A stretch of DNA of 64,000 bases from an uncultured Acidobacteriota bacterium (GTDB lineage Bacteria; Acidobacteriota; Thermoanaerobaculia; Multivoradales; DATKCC01), in the NCBI GenBank assembly GCA_963739795.1, contig CAVUBL010000004.1:79328-143327 (forward strand), given 5' to 3'. Below the pieces are notes generated by a model that ran no database searches, was not told where the DNA came from, and was given only the letters and a program-made list of their open reading frames with translations. The first letter of the stretch is position 1. Every line of letters begins with the position of its first letter. The translations under genes were made by a program, and so were the position numbers. This document shows, piece after piece, positions 37,338 to 47,387 of the stretch.

Positions 37338-37717
37338 ACTCCGCGACCCCAGCGAGTCAACCCGCCGTCGACACCGCTGCCCGCGTCCGGGTGGCCGTGG
37401 CCGCGGCCCTCGATCGCAAGGCCCAGGACCTCAAGGTCCTCAACCTCGGGCCCGTGAGCGACTTCACCGATTACTTTCTGATCGCGAGCGGTACCAGCGA
37501 GCGCCAGGCGCAGGCCATCGCCGAGGGGATTCAGGAGGCCCTGGCGGCCGAGGGGGTGCGCCCGCTCCACGTCGAGGGACAGCGCGGTGGCCACTGGGTG
37601 CTCCTCGACTACGGTGACCTGGTGGCGCACGTCTTCCAGCCCGAGCCGAGGGAGTTCTACGCCCTCGAGCGCCTGTGGTCGGACGCCGAGGACGAGACCC
37701 GGCAGTTCACCGTTTGA
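37334..37717 (+). CDS. rsfS: Ribosome silencing factor
   Basis: [26 protein letters not shown]. Confidence 0.95.
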   Translation: MNSATPASQPAVDTAARVRVAVAAALDRKAQDLKVLNLGPVSDFTDYFLIASGTSERQAQAIAEGIQEALAAEGVRPLHVEGQRGGHWVLLDYGDLVAHVFQPEPREFYALERLWSDAEDETRQFTV

Positions 37718-38673
37718 TCCCCAAAGAGGCAGCGGCCCCGGACGCCGGCCCTGACACCAGTAAGATCGCCGGCCCGCTCGCCCGCGCCCTCGCCGGCCAA
37801 CCCGGTCTCCGCTCCCGCCTCGGAGCCTTCGAGCGCGCGGCGGCGAGCGACGCCCCGGTTCTGATCGTGGGCGAGCCCGGGTCGGGCCGCTCCACCCTCG
37901 CCCGGGCCCTGCACGCGGCGAGCGCCCGGGCGAGCGGACCCCTGGTGGAGGTCGATCCCGGGTCGCTGCCCACGACCCTCTTCGAGAGCGAGCTCTTCGG
38001 CTACCGCCGCGGCGCCTTCACCGGCGCCGAGGCGCCGCGTGCCGGTCGGGTGGAGCGGGCCGCGGGGGGCACGCTTCTCCTCGATCACGTCGAGGAGCTG
38101 CCGCTCGCGAGCCAGGCCAAGCTCCTGCGCCTGGTGGCGGAGGGCGTCTACGCGCCCCTGGGCGGTCGCGAAGAGCGGGCCGACGTGCGGTTTCTCGCGG
38201 TGGGCTCGGAGGACCTTCCCAGGAGGGTCGCCAGCGGGGCGTTTCGGGAGGACCTCTTCTATCGCCTGGAGGTGCTGGCCTTCCGGGTCCCTCCCCTGCG
38301 CGAGCGGTCCGAGGACCTGCCCGGGCTGATCGATCGCCTCCTCGCCGACCTGAGCGAACGTTTCGGCCGGCCCGGTCTCGCCCTCGCCCCCGGCGCCCGC
38401 GAGTGGATGACCCGGCACCCATGGCCGGGCAACGCCCGTCAGGTGCGCAACACCCTGGAGCGCGCCCTGGTCCTGGCGAGCGGGCGATCCCCCCTGGACC
38501 CCGATCCCCCCGCCGGCGCCGAGGAGCGCCCCCGTTCCCTGGACGAGGTGGAGGCGACAGAGATCCGCCGCGCCCTCGCCTACACCCGAGGCCACCAGGC
38601 CGAAGCCGCCCGCCTCCTGGGAATCAGCCGCAAAGCCCTCTGGGCCAAAAGAAAGCGCCACGGGATCCCGTAG
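37714..38673 (+). CDS. Sigma54 enhancer-binding-like protein (AAA+ and Fis HTH, no regulatory domain, altered Walker motifs)
   Basis: ESELFGY, GAFTGA, FREDLFYRL, WPGN, AARLLGI; TTG start overlaps the rsfS stop. Confidence 0.85.
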   Translation: MIPKEAAAPDAGPDTSKIAGPLARALAGQPGLRSRLGAFERAAASDAPVLIVGEPGSGRSTLARALHAASARASGPLVEVDPGSLPTTLFESELFGYRRGAFTGAEAPRAGRVERAAGGTLLLDHVEELPLASQAKLLRLVAEGVYAPLGGREERADVRFLAVGSEDLPRRVASGAFREDLFYRLEVLAFRVPPLRERSEDLPGLIDRLLADLSERFGRPGLALAPGAREWMTRHPWPGNARQVRNTLERALVLASGRSPLDPDPPAGAEERPRSLDEVEATEIRRALAYTRGHQAEAARLLGISRKALWAKRKRHGIP

Positions 38674-38840
38674 CGCGGCCATCGGAGTCTGCGGGTACGG
38701 AGCGAACCGTTCGCCGGGCCGAGATGGAGCTCGGCCGCTTCAGGGGTACCTGCGAGCTTCGATCAGGGTGCTGCATCTGTTCCAAAGTCCGACTCCGCCG
38801 ATCCACCTCTCACACCCCACACGGCGGGAGCTGTTTCAAC

Positions 38841-38909
38841 CACCGAGGGGGCAGCTCGTGGAGCTGCGTGGTTTCTCGCCGGCGCAGTTTGCCGCCGAGA
38901 AAGCCACCA
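38841..38909. repeat. Hairpin element, family H, copy 1
   Basis: CCACCGAGGGGGCAGC...GTGGTTTCTCGCCGGCGCAGTTTGCCGCCGAGAAAGCCACC, repeated at ~42396-42464. Confidence 0.75.
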
Positions 38910-38951
38910 GCCCGCGAGCGTGTGTGCTGCCCCCACCTTCCAACTCGTCTT

Positions 38952-39014
38952 GGGTGGGGGCGTCCCTCGCCCCCCGCGAGGGCGGGAGAGGGACCGAGGG
39001 TGAGGGGGGAGATC
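38952..39014 (-). repeat. REP-like palindromic element, family P
   Basis: GGGTGGGGGCGTCCCTCGCCC...GGGAGAGGGACCGAGGGTGAGGGGG. Confidence 0.8.
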
Positions 39015-39018
39015 TGAT

Positions 39019-40830
39019 CTACCGCCGGAACGCCTCGCCGGCCATGGGCATCTCGGTGAGGGCGTCGGGGATGCGCACCTTGAGGTCCAGCCGCTCCGAG
39101 CGCTCCCGCAGGTGCCGGAGCACCACCTCCGGGAGCCGCAGAAACGCCTCCACCACCTCCGGGTCGAGCTGCGTCCCCGCCACCCGGCACAGCTCCGTCA
39201 CCGCCTCCCCGTGGCTGCGGGCTCGGCGGTACGGACGGTCCGACGTGATCGAGTCGTACGTATCCACCACCGCGAAGATCCGGGCCGCCAGCGGGATCTC
39301 CTCCCGCGCCAGCCCCCGCGGATACCCGCCACCGTCCCACCGTTCGTGGTGGCTGTAGACGATCTCCAGCGCCGGGTCCAGGAACTTCACGTCCGCCAAC
39401 ATCTCGAACCCCCAGTTCGGGTGCTGGCGCATGACGTGCCACTCCTCCTCCGTGAGGCGCCCCGTCTTGCGCAGGATGGCGTCCGGGACCGCGATCTTCC
39501 CCACGTCGTGGAGCAGCGAGCCCCATTCGATGGCCCGGAGCCGATCGCCCTCGACGTCCAGAGCCCGGGCCAGGGCCAAGGCGTAGTGGGCGACGCGGAA
39601 CGAGTGGCCCGTCGTCTCGTGGTCGCGGGCGTCGATGGCCGCCACCACGGCGCCCACCGCCTCCACGTAGGACCGCTCGCGGTCGCGCAGGCTCTCCTCC
39701 AGAGTGCTCATCAGGCTCGAGAAGGCCGTGCGCAGCGCGTCCACCTCTGAGCTGACCCAGCGCACCGGACGATCCTCCAGCAGGCCGCGGTCGAGCTCGC
39801 CCGTGGATGCCGTCTTCGCCATGGCGTCGGTGAGCTCACCCAGGGCCTGCTCGTGACGTCGCGAGCTGAGCCAGAGCAGCGGGATCATCACCAACAGGCC
39901 GGAGAGGCTCACGAGCGAGACGTCGCGGACCAAGAGGCCGTCGACCGGCTGGGACGCCACCGGCCTCAACATCAGCACGCCGGCCTCGCCGCCCGGCGGC
40001 TTCAGCCCGCTTGCCGGATCGGCGGCCGGGAGCGGGTCGAGGCGAGCGAGGAACGACTTGCCGGCGAGGGTGACGGTTCGAACCTCGCCAGGAGAGAGAT
40101 CGCGCCCGAACCGGCCGGCCTCGGCGACGCTGCCCAGGGGCAGGCTGCTGGCCACCGGCAATCCCCCGGCCACGAACACGATCTCGGCCCCGGTGAGGTG
40201 GGAGAGGCGTCCGGCCTCCGCCGCGTCGAGCTCTTCGCCGAGGGTGACGGTGCCGAGCAGCGTGCCGTCCGCCGAGTCGCGAACCGGCCGCATGGCGAAT
40301 CGGAAGAGGTGCCGCCGCGCCAGGACGATGCCCTTGCGCCACGGGGATCGGGGCCCGAGGGGCTGGCTGCCGCCGAGGTCGGTGCCGGCCACCGCCAGGG
40401 AGTTTCCGGCGGCGTCGGCCAGTTCCAGGTAGTCGATCCCGGGATGGCTGGTGGTGAAGCGCTCGAGGACCGCCGCGGCAGCGGCGCCGTCGCCTCGGCG
40501 GGCTAGCTCGTCGAGATGGAGGGCTGCGATCAGGAGGCTCGCCTGGGCGCCCAGGTGGTCGATCCGCTCGTCGCCGAGCTGATGCGCGGTCTCCACCGCC
40601 GCGTCGAGCCGTTCGCCGGCCCAGCGCCGGGCCGTCGTCTCCTGGTGTCGGGCCACCACGAGGGTGATCGCCACCGCGACGCCCAGCAGGACGACGGTGG
40701 TGAGCAGGATGATGCGCGTTCGCAGATTCAACGCCGAGAGCTCCCACCCCCGGCCCACTCCCGCCGACGCACGACCCGGACGGGGCCCGGGCGTCGGTCG
40801 TCGGTGAGAGGCCGAGGGGATGCGTAGCAA
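39019..40830 (-). CDS. Membrane-anchored HD-GYP cyclic-dinucleotide phosphodiesterase
   Basis: TGHSFRV, LLHDVGKI, HHERWDGGGYP, DRPYR; two TM helices flank a periplasmic sensor; start uncertain. Confidence 0.9.
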   Translation of the reverse strand: MLRIPSASHRRPTPGPRPGRASAGVGRGWELSALNLRTRIILLTTVVLLGVAVAITLVVARHQETTARRWAGERLDAAVETAHQLGDERIDHLGAQASLLIAALHLDELARRGDGAAAAAVLERFTTSHPGIDYLELADAAGNSLAVAGTDLGGSQPLGPRSPWRKGIVLARRHLFRFAMRPVRDSADGTLLGTVTLGEELDAAEAGRLSHLTGAEIVFVAGGLPVASSLPLGSVAEAGRFGRDLSPGEVRTVTLAGKSFLARLDPLPAADPASGLKPPGGEAGVLMLRPVASQPVDGLLVRDVSLVSLSGLLVMIPLLWLSSRRHEQALGELTDAMAKTASTGELDRGLLEDRPVRWVSSEVDALRTAFSSLMSTLEESLRDRERSYVEAVGAVVAAIDARDHETTGHSFRVAHYALALARALDVEGDRLRAIEWGSLLHDVGKIAVPDAILRKTGRLTEEEWHVMRQHPNWGFEMLADVKFLDPALEIVYSHHERWDGGGYPRGLAREEIPLAARIFAVVDTYDSITSDRPYRRARSHGEAVTELCRVAGTQLDPEVVEAFLRLPEVVLRHLRERSERLDLKVRIPDALTEMPMAGEAFRR

Positions 40831-41122
40831 AGTATAAGCGAACTCATGGCGCTCTGCACAAGAGGAGGATCGAGATCGGTCCGAGCCCCGATGTGCGAAC
40901 CCTTCCCCACGTTGTAGTGCCGGAAGGGCCGTGGGGCGGGACCTGCGACATCTCGTGAATCGTCCAGGTTAAGTACGCTGCCGATCCGAGCTCGGATTGA
41001 AGACGGCCGGTGACGGAGGCGGGGTGGGGTAGACTCTCTTCCGCTCGCTGCCGCCGCTTCCGGCTTCCGCCGGTGGCGATCTCCCGGCGCTCGTCGCCGA
41101 CCCCCGCCCCCGGGAGGACCCC

Positions 41123-42103
41123 ATGAGCAGTCTCCGCGCATTTCTCGATCGGCACTACCTGCACTTCAACGCTCGCGAGACCGTCGCCGCGGCCCGCGCC
41201 TACGAGGACCACCTGGCGGCTGGCGGCAAGATGCTGGTCAGCCTGGCCGGCGCCATGTCGACGGCCGAGCTCGGGATCATCCTGGCGCGCATGATCCGGG
41301 GCGGGAAGGTCCACGCCGTCTCTTGCACCGGGGCCAACCTCGAGGAGGACGTCTTCAACCTCGTGGCCCACGACGAGTACGAGCTGGTGCCCGAGTGGCG
41401 GGGGCTCTCGGCCCAGGACGAGAAGCGGCTCTACGAGCGCGGCTTGAACCGGGTGACGGACACCTGCATCCCCGAGCAGGTGATGCGCCACGTCGAGGCG
41501 CGCCTCATCGCGGGTTGGGCCCGAGCTGCCGAGGCCGGCGAGCGCAAGCTTCCCTCGGAGTTCCTCTTCGACATCCTGGGAAGCGGCGAGATCGAGGAGC
41601 ACTACCAGAGCGACCCGGCCGACTCCTGGCTGATCGCCGCGATGGAGATGGGCGTCCCGGTCTACACCCCGGGCTGGGAGGACTCGACCACCGGCAACAT
41701 GATGACCGCCGCCGTGATTCGCGGCGAGGTCCCCCACCACCAGTGCGTCAAGACCGGCACCGAGCAGTTCCAGCAGCTCATGGAGTGGTACGAGGCGAGC
41801 TGCGGCAAGGAGACCGGAGAGCCGTCCGTGGGCTTCTTCCAGATCGGAGGCGGCATCGCCGGCGACTTCGCCATCTGCTCCGTCCCCTGCCTGATCCAGG
41901 ACCTCAAACGGGAGGACACCCCGTTCTGGGGCTACTTCGCCCAGATCTCCGACGCCCCCGCCTCCTACGGCGGCTACTCGGGAGCGGTGGCCAACGAGAA
42001 GATCACCTGGGGCAAGCTGGACGTCGACACGCCCAAGTTCATGATCCAGAGCGACGCCACGATCGTCGCGCCGCTTGTGTTTGGATACGTGCTCGGTGAC
42101 TGA
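41123..42103 (+). CDS. Deoxyhypusine synthase-like (homospermidine synthesis family) protein
   Basis: GAMSTAELG, TGANLEED, IGGGI, YGGYSGA, EKITWGK, SDATIV. Confidence 0.9.
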   Translation: MSSLRAFLDRHYLHFNARETVAAARAYEDHLAAGGKMLVSLAGAMSTAELGIILARMIRGGKVHAVSCTGANLEEDVFNLVAHDEYELVPEWRGLSAQDEKRLYERGLNRVTDTCIPEQVMRHVEARLIAGWARAAEAGERKLPSEFLFDILGSGEIEEHYQSDPADSWLIAAMEMGVPVYTPGWEDSTTGNMMTAAVIRGEVPHHQCVKTGTEQFQQLMEWYEASCGKETGEPSVGFFQIGGGIAGDFAICSVPCLIQDLKREDTPFWGYFAQISDAPASYGGYSGAVANEKITWGKLDVDTPKFMIQSDATIVAPLVFGYVLGD

Positions 42104-42208
42104 GGCGGGATAGTGCTGGCGTGACAAGGGCCTCTCCCCCTCCCGCGGTCACCTTCGAGCCAAGACCTGGCCGGCCCGGGCCTTCACCCACGCAGAGAGC
42201 GAGTGGGC

Positions 42209-42268
42209 CACCCCCCTCACCCTCGATCCCTCTCCCACCCTCAAGGTGGGCGAGGGACGCCCCCGCCC
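42209..42268 (+). repeat. REP-like palindromic element, family P
   Basis: CCCCCTCACCCTCGATCCCTCTCCCACCC...GGGCGAGGGACGCCCC. Confidence 0.8.
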
Positions 42269-42395
42269 AAGCTCGGCCGCTTCACTCAGAGATTGCGGTG
42301 GCGGAGACACTGAGACGGTTGAAGCCGGCGGTTCGGAGTCCGACGAACGCCGATTCACCCCCAACCCACCCCCGAAGCGGAGGACGTCGGTTCAC

Positions 42396-42464
42396 CCACC
42401 GAGGGGGCAGCGGGTGGGCCGCGGTGGTTTCTCGCCGGCGCAGTTTGCCGCCGAGAAAGCCACC
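42396..42464. repeat. Hairpin element, family H, copy 2
   Basis: Shares an identical core of about 41 nt with the copy at 38841-38909. Confidence 0.75.
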
Positions 42465-42544
42465 CGGCCCGCCCGCGCGGGCTCCCGCCTGCGCCTCAGC
42501 GACCTCGAGCTCCTCCCTCCGCCCGCCGCCGACACCTGCCGCTT

Positions 42545-43321
42545 CTACCGCCCCTTCCACTCCGCCTTCCGCTTCCCCAGAAACGCCGCCACCCCCTCCG
42601 CCTTGTCCTCCGTAGAGAAGCAGAGACAGAACAGGTCCCGCTCGTACAAGATCCCCTCCTCGATCGCCAGCCGCTCGCTCGCCCGCAGCGCCTCCTTCGC
42701 CACCCGCACCGTCAGCGGGCTCATCGAGGCGATCTTCCCGGCCAGCTCCAGAGTCTTGGCCCGCAGCTCGCCGGCCGGAGCCACCAGCTCCACCAAGCCG
42801 ATCTCCTTCGCCTCCGTCGCCCGGATCCGGTCGCCGGTCAAGATCAGGCGCATGGCGTGGCCCAATCCCACCAGGCGGGGCATTCTCTGCGTGCCGCCTC
42901 CCCCGGGAATCAGGCCCAGATTGATCTCCGGCTGACCGAAGCTCGCCGTCTCCGAGGCGACCCGCAAGTCGCACGACATGGCGAGCTCGCAGCCGCCGCC
43001 CAGGCAGTAGCCGTTGATCATGGCGATCACCGGTTTGGGGAAGCTCGACATCACGTCGTAGATCCGCGGGCTCGCCATCGCCTCGCGCTGGTCGAAGGGG
43101 CTCCGCCCCTCGAACTCCGCGATGTCGGCCCCGGCGATGAACGCCTTGTCGCCGGCGCCGGTCACGACCACGGCGCCGATGCCGTCGTCGTTCTCGATCG
43201 CCGCCAGGTGCTCCAGCATCTCGTCGCGCACCTGCTGGTTCAGGGCGTTCATCTTGTCCGGACGGTTGATGGTGAGGACCGCGACCCGGCCCTCGTCGTT
43301 TCGCAGCACGACCTGGCTCAT
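42545..43321 (-). CDS. Enoyl-CoA hydratase/isomerase
   Basis: NRPDKMNAL, AGADI, GGGCEL, QPEINLG. Confidence 0.93.
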   Translation of the reverse strand: MSQVVLRNDEGRVAVLTINRPDKMNALNQQVRDEMLEHLAAIENDDGIGAVVVTGAGDKAFIAGADIAEFEGRSPFDQREAMASPRIYDVMSSFPKPVIAMINGYCLGGGCELAMSCDLRVASETASFGQPEINLGLIPGGGGTQRMPRLVGLGHAMRLILTGDRIRATEAKEIGLVELVAPAGELRAKTLELAGKIASMSPLTVRVAKEALRASERLAIEEGILYERDLFCLCFSTEDKAEGVAAFLGKRKAEWKGR

Positions 43322-43323
43322 AG

Positions 43324-44070
43324 CTACCTTGCCCTTCCGGCGGGCCTGGGCCCGCTCCGTGGTTGGTCTGGGAAGCCCAGCGCTTCGGCGAACGCGCGCC
43401 ATAGCGCCCGCTGCTGGGCCATGGGGGTGAGGTTTTCCGGATGCCACTGGACCGCCCGCAGCCACCAGCCCGGCGCGTCCAGGGAGACGGCCTCCACCAG
43501 GCCGTCGGTGGCCCGGGCCGTGGCGACGAGGCCGCGGCCCAGGTCCCGAGCGCCCTGGTGATGCCGGCTGTTGACCCACGGCACCTCCTCGACGAACAGC
43601 CGCCCGAGGGTCCAGTGCGGATCGTCCACGGTCACGGAGTGGACCAGGGCGTCCTTCGGTTCCGAGAGATCGTGGGGCACCGCCGTGGGGAGCTGGAGGG
43701 GGAGATCCTGCCAGAGCGTGCCGCCCAGGAACACGTTGATCACCTGGAGGCCGCGGCAAATTCCCCAGGTGGGCACCGCCGCCTCCCGGGCCCCGGCGAG
43801 GAGCGCGAGCTCCATGGCGTCGCGCTCGGCGAAGACGGTGACCCCGGCTTCGGGGATCGTGGACTCGCCGAAGAGCGCGGGATCGACGTCCTCGCCGCCG
43901 GCGAGGACCAGGCCCAGGGCCTCGGCGGCCAGGGCGTGGTCGTCGCGCCCCGCCTCCGGCTGGATCACCCGGATCCGCTCGGCCGGCACGCCGACGAGCT
44001 CCAGGGCGGCCCGGTAGTTGGGCGCGTGGTCGCGCTCGGGCGAGCCCACCGCGATCAGCACGTCCCTCAT
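43324..44070 (-). CDS. Class I glutamine amidotransferase / peptidase C26 (PuuD-like)
   Basis: GGEDVDP, GICRGLQ, NSRHHQ, VQWHPE. Confidence 0.9.
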   Translation of the reverse strand: MRDVLIAVGSPERDHAPNYRAALELVGVPAERIRVIQPEAGRDDHALAAEALGLVLAGGEDVDPALFGESTIPEAGVTVFAERDAMELALLAGAREAAVPTWGICRGLQVINVFLGGTLWQDLPLQLPTAVPHDLSEPKDALVHSVTVDDPHWTLGRLFVEEVPWVNSRHHQGARDLGRGLVATARATDGLVEAVSLDAPGWWLRAVQWHPENLTPMAQQRALWRAFAEALGFPDQPRSGPRPAGRAR

Positions 44071-44130
44071 CGGCGGGCCTCCGGCAACCTTCCGCGCTGC
44101 CCCGGAGCGGCCATGGGTCCCCGGGGGCCC

Positions 44131-45330
44131 TCAGACGGTCTCGACCAGCGCCGCGGCGCCCATCCCGCCGGAGACGCAGAGCGTCGCGATCCCGCGCCGG
44201 CCGCCAGAACGCGCGAGGCCGTGGAGCAGGGTGACCAGGATGCGGGCCCCGGTGCAGCCGATGGGGTGGCCCAGGGCGATGGCACCGCCGTCCGGGTTCA
44301 CCCGCTCGCGGTCGAAGGCGAGGCCGAGCTCGTCGAGTGCGTCGAGGCAGGCCACCACCTGAGTGGCGAAGGCCTCGTTGAGCTCCACGGAGTCGACGGC
44401 GTCCGCCGCCAGCCCGGTGCGCCCGAGCAGGGCCTCGACCGCCGGCACCGGCCCGATCCCCATGATCCGCGGATCGACGCCGACCACCTGCCAGTCGACG
44501 AGCCGTGCGACCACCGGCAGGTCGAGCTCGGCCGCGGCCTCCTCGGAGGCCACGATCAAGGCGGCCGCACCGTCGGTGATACCCGAGGCGTTTCCCGGCG
44601 TCACGGTCCCGCCTTCGCGGAAGACGGTCGGCAGCTTGGCGAGCTGCTCCGGGGTGACCCCGTCGCGGGGGTGCCCGTCCTCACTCACCACCGTCGGGCC
44701 CTTGCGCCCCGGCACCTCGACCGGCACGATCTCGCCGGCGAAGCGGCCGGCCCGGCGGGCCCGCTCGCAGCGGCGCTGGCTCTCGAGGGCGTAGGCATCG
44801 GCCTGGGCCCGGGTGATTCCGCGCTCGGCGGCCAGCTCTTCGGCGGTCTCGCCCATCACCAGCCCAGAGAGGGGGTCGTCGAAGCCGTCGCGGTACATGC
44901 CGTCGACGATCTGGTCGTGGCCCAGGCGGTAGCCCCAGCGCCCGCGAGGAAGCATGTACGGCGTGTTCGACATGCTCTCCGTGCCGCCGGCGAGGACCAC
45001 CCGGGCCTCGCCCAGGAGGATCGCCCGGGCCCCGGCCAGGACCGACTGCAGCCCGGAGGCGCAGGCCTGGTTGATGGTGAAGGCCGGGCGCTCCACCGGC
45101 ACGCCCGCCCGGAAGGAGATCTGGCGGGCGGTATTGGGTCCGCCGCCCGCCTGGCGGCCGTGGCCGAAGATCGTCTGGTCGACCGACTCGGGGGCAAGAC
45201 CGGCCCGGTCCAGGCAGGCGCGCGCCGCGGCGGTGCCCAGGTCCGCCGCCGACAGCGGGGCGAGAGCCCCGCCGAACTTCCCGATCGGCGTGCGGACCGG
45301 AGCAGCGAGGACGATCCCCACGCGGCTCAT
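44131..45330 (-). CDS. Acetyl-CoA acyltransferase (thiolase)
   Basis: NQACASG, ELNEAFA, GHPIG, CVSGGMG. Confidence 0.95.
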   Translation of the reverse strand: MSRVGIVLAAPVRTPIGKFGGALAPLSAADLGTAAARACLDRAGLAPESVDQTIFGHGRQAGGGPNTARQISFRAGVPVERPAFTINQACASGLQSVLAGARAILLGEARVVLAGGTESMSNTPYMLPRGRWGYRLGHDQIVDGMYRDGFDDPLSGLVMGETAEELAAERGITRAQADAYALESQRRCERARRAGRFAGEIVPVEVPGRKGPTVVSEDGHPRDGVTPEQLAKLPTVFREGGTVTPGNASGITDGAAALIVASEEAAAELDLPVVARLVDWQVVGVDPRIMGIGPVPAVEALLGRTGLAADAVDSVELNEAFATQVVACLDALDELGLAFDRERVNPDGGAIALGHPIGCTGARILVTLLHGLARSGGRRGIATLCVSGGMGAAALVETV

Positions 45331-46133
45331 CGGCCGGAAAACTGCGGCTTCCGCTTCTCGACGTAGGCGGCCAGGCCCTCCTTGGCGTCGCCGCTCTCGA
45401 AGAGCTGCTGCTGGAGCTCGCGCTCGATGGCGAGGCCGCTCTCGAAGGGCACCTCCCAGCCGGACTGGACGGAGCGCTTGATCCGGCCGACGGCCTTGGA
45501 AGCCCGGTTGGGCGGGCAGAACTGGCGGGCGAAGTCGTGGACCTGGGCCTCGAAGTTCTCTGCGTCGAAGATCCTGTTGATCAGCCCGAGCTCTTCGGCG
45601 CGCTCGAAAGAGATCAGCTCGCCGGTGACCATCAGGTCGATGGCCCGCGACTTGCCGACGATCCGCGACAGGCGCTGGGTGCCGCCGGTTCCGGGGAGCA
45701 CGCCCAGGTTGATCTCGGGCAGGCCGACCTTGCCCCCGCCGCGCTTGGCGATCCGCAGGTCCGCGGCCATGGCGATCTCGAGGCCGCCGCCCACGGTGTG
45801 GCCGTTGAGGGCGGAGATCACCAGCTTCGGGGTCTGCTCCAGGCGGTTCAGCGTCTCGTTGGCGTGGAGGCAGAAGTAGTACTTGAAGCGAGGCTCCGCG
45901 TTGGTGAGCATCTGGATGTCGGCGCCGGCGCAGAAGAACTTCTGTCCCTGGCCTCTGAGCACCAGCACGTAGACGTCGTTGTCGAAGCGCCCGGTCAGGA
46001 TCGCCTCGTCGAGCTGGCGCATCATCTGGTAGGTGTAGGTGTTGGCGGGCGGGTCGTCGAGGGTGATGTAGGCGACGCCGTCCCGCGCCTCGTAGTGCAC
46101 GAGAGTCTTCTCGGAAGCGATCGGTTCAGCCAC
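45327..46133 (-). CDS. Enoyl-CoA hydratase/isomerase family protein
   Basis: FCAGADI, GGGLEI, LPEINLG. Confidence 0.92.
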   Translation of the reverse strand: MAEPIASEKTLVHYEARDGVAYITLDDPPANTYTYQMMRQLDEAILTGRFDNDVYVLVLRGQGQKFFCAGADIQMLTNAEPRFKYYFCLHANETLNRLEQTPKLVISALNGHTVGGGLEIAMAADLRIAKRGGGKVGLPEINLGVLPGTGGTQRLSRIVGKSRAIDLMVTGELISFERAEELGLINRIFDAENFEAQVHDFARQFCPPNRASKAVGRIKRSVQSGWEVPFESGLAIERELQQQLFESGDAKEGLAAYVEKRKPQFSGR

Positions 46134-46287
46134 TGTGTCTCCTCCGTGGATAGATTGCTGGATTGGTCCCCGAACGAGGCTCGGCGTGGAGAGATTCGGG
46201 TCGGAGCGAGCGGCCCAAGGACCGGGCCCGCTCGGGGCTCATTGTTGCACGACGGGCCGGAGCGGGCAAGGAATCGGAGCTCGATCC

Positions 46288-46316
46288 TTGACCCGGGACA
46301 GGGGCCTTTCTAGAAT
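46288..46316 (+). promoter_or_regulatory. sigma70-like promoter
   Basis: TTGACC-N17-TAGAAT. Confidence 0.6.
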
Positions 46317-46378
46317 TGGTGGGTTACACTTCCTTCGATGCTTGGCCGGGTGCGGCGCTCCCGATCCTCCGATCCTCG

Positions 46379-47095
46379 ATGATCACGGGCTACAACACCG
46401 ACGTACGTCATCAGGACGTGGTCTTCCACGTTCAGACCGAGGACAAGGGGACCGACAACCCCTTCATCGAGAGCCTCGTCTACGTCGGCGGCCAGGTGCT
46501 GGCCGCCAAGCGTGCCGGCTATGCCGACCTCCTGGCCGAGGGCCGGGGGGACCGGGCGATCGTGGAGCTCATGGAGCGCCAGCACCGCACGGTGATCGCG
46601 GCGATCAAGAACGGCCGGTTCGACGCCAAGCTCGAGTCCCTCCTCGAGGCGCGCAAGGCGACCGCCGGGACGGCCGGCGTCGTGGGCACCGCGGTCGCTC
46701 CCGCGCCGGCGGCGGCGAAGCCGAAGGTGAGCGCGGCGCCGGCGCCCGAGCGCACGCTGGACCAGGTGATCCTCGAGTACCTCACCAACGAGGCCGACCA
46801 GGAGCAGCTCCTGCTCACGGTCGACGGCGACGGCGACCTGACGCTGGGGTCCGGGGCGGCCCTGACCCTGCGCACGACCTCCTCGAAGAGCGGCCGGCCG
46901 GTGGCGGGGGCCCAGGTGCAGGTGCGGATGATCTCCACCGTCGCCGATCCGCGGATCCTGGCGACCGGTGAGACGGACGGCGACGGGCGGCTCGCCATCG
47001 AGTTCGACATCCCGCGCCTCGAGAGGGGCACGGCGGCGTTGATCATCTCTGCCGCCTCGGCCCTGGGGCACGCGGAGATCAAGCATTTGTTGTAG
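46379..47095 (+). CDS. Hypothetical protein (GYNTD...HVQTED N-domain and Ig-like C-domain)
   Basis: Coding-like GC3, upstream promoter, two domains separated by an Ala/Pro linker. Confidence 0.75.
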   Translation: MITGYNTDVRHQDVVFHVQTEDKGTDNPFIESLVYVGGQVLAAKRAGYADLLAEGRGDRAIVELMERQHRTVIAAIKNGRFDAKLESLLEARKATAGTAGVVGTAVAPAPAAAKPKVSAAPAPERTLDQVILEYLTNEADQEQLLLTVDGDGDLTLGSGAALTLRTTSSKSGRPVAGAQVQVRMISTVADPRILATGETDGDGRLAIEFDIPRLERGTAALIISAASALGHAEIKHLL

Positions 47096-47223
47096 AGAGC
47101 CTCGGAGCCGGCAGAGTGATGCCACCGATGGAGACTCCGCTCCCCGGGAGCTCCCCCTCCCGCGCCCCGCGAGTGCGGCGAGACCGCGAGGGCCCGGGCC
47201 TTCCCCGGCGCAGAGATCGATCG

Positions 47224-47350
47224 GATCACCCCCCTCACCCTCGTTCCCTCTCCCACCCTCGCGGGGGGAGAGGGACGCCGATCGACTGGATCACCCCCCT
47301 CACCCTCGTTCCCTCTCCCACCCTCGCGGGGGGAGAGGGACGCCCACGCC
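47224..47350 (+). repeat. Two tandem REP-like elements, family P
   Basis: GGATCACCCCC(C)TCACCCTCGTTCCCTCTCCCACCCTCGCGGGGGGAGAGGGACGCC occurs twice, about 66 nt apart. Confidence 0.85.
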
Positions 47351-47387
47351 CGGCTCGTGAGTCGGTAGATTGGCGGCGATGCATTCG

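Noticed and set aside
40831-41122. c-di-GMP riboswitch upstream of the HD-GYP gene
   Set aside because: No GEMM-type conserved elements were recognisable on the minus strand.
47096-47387. TPP riboswitch upstream of thiS
   Set aside because: The region is occupied by family-P palindromes, and no TPP consensus was seen.
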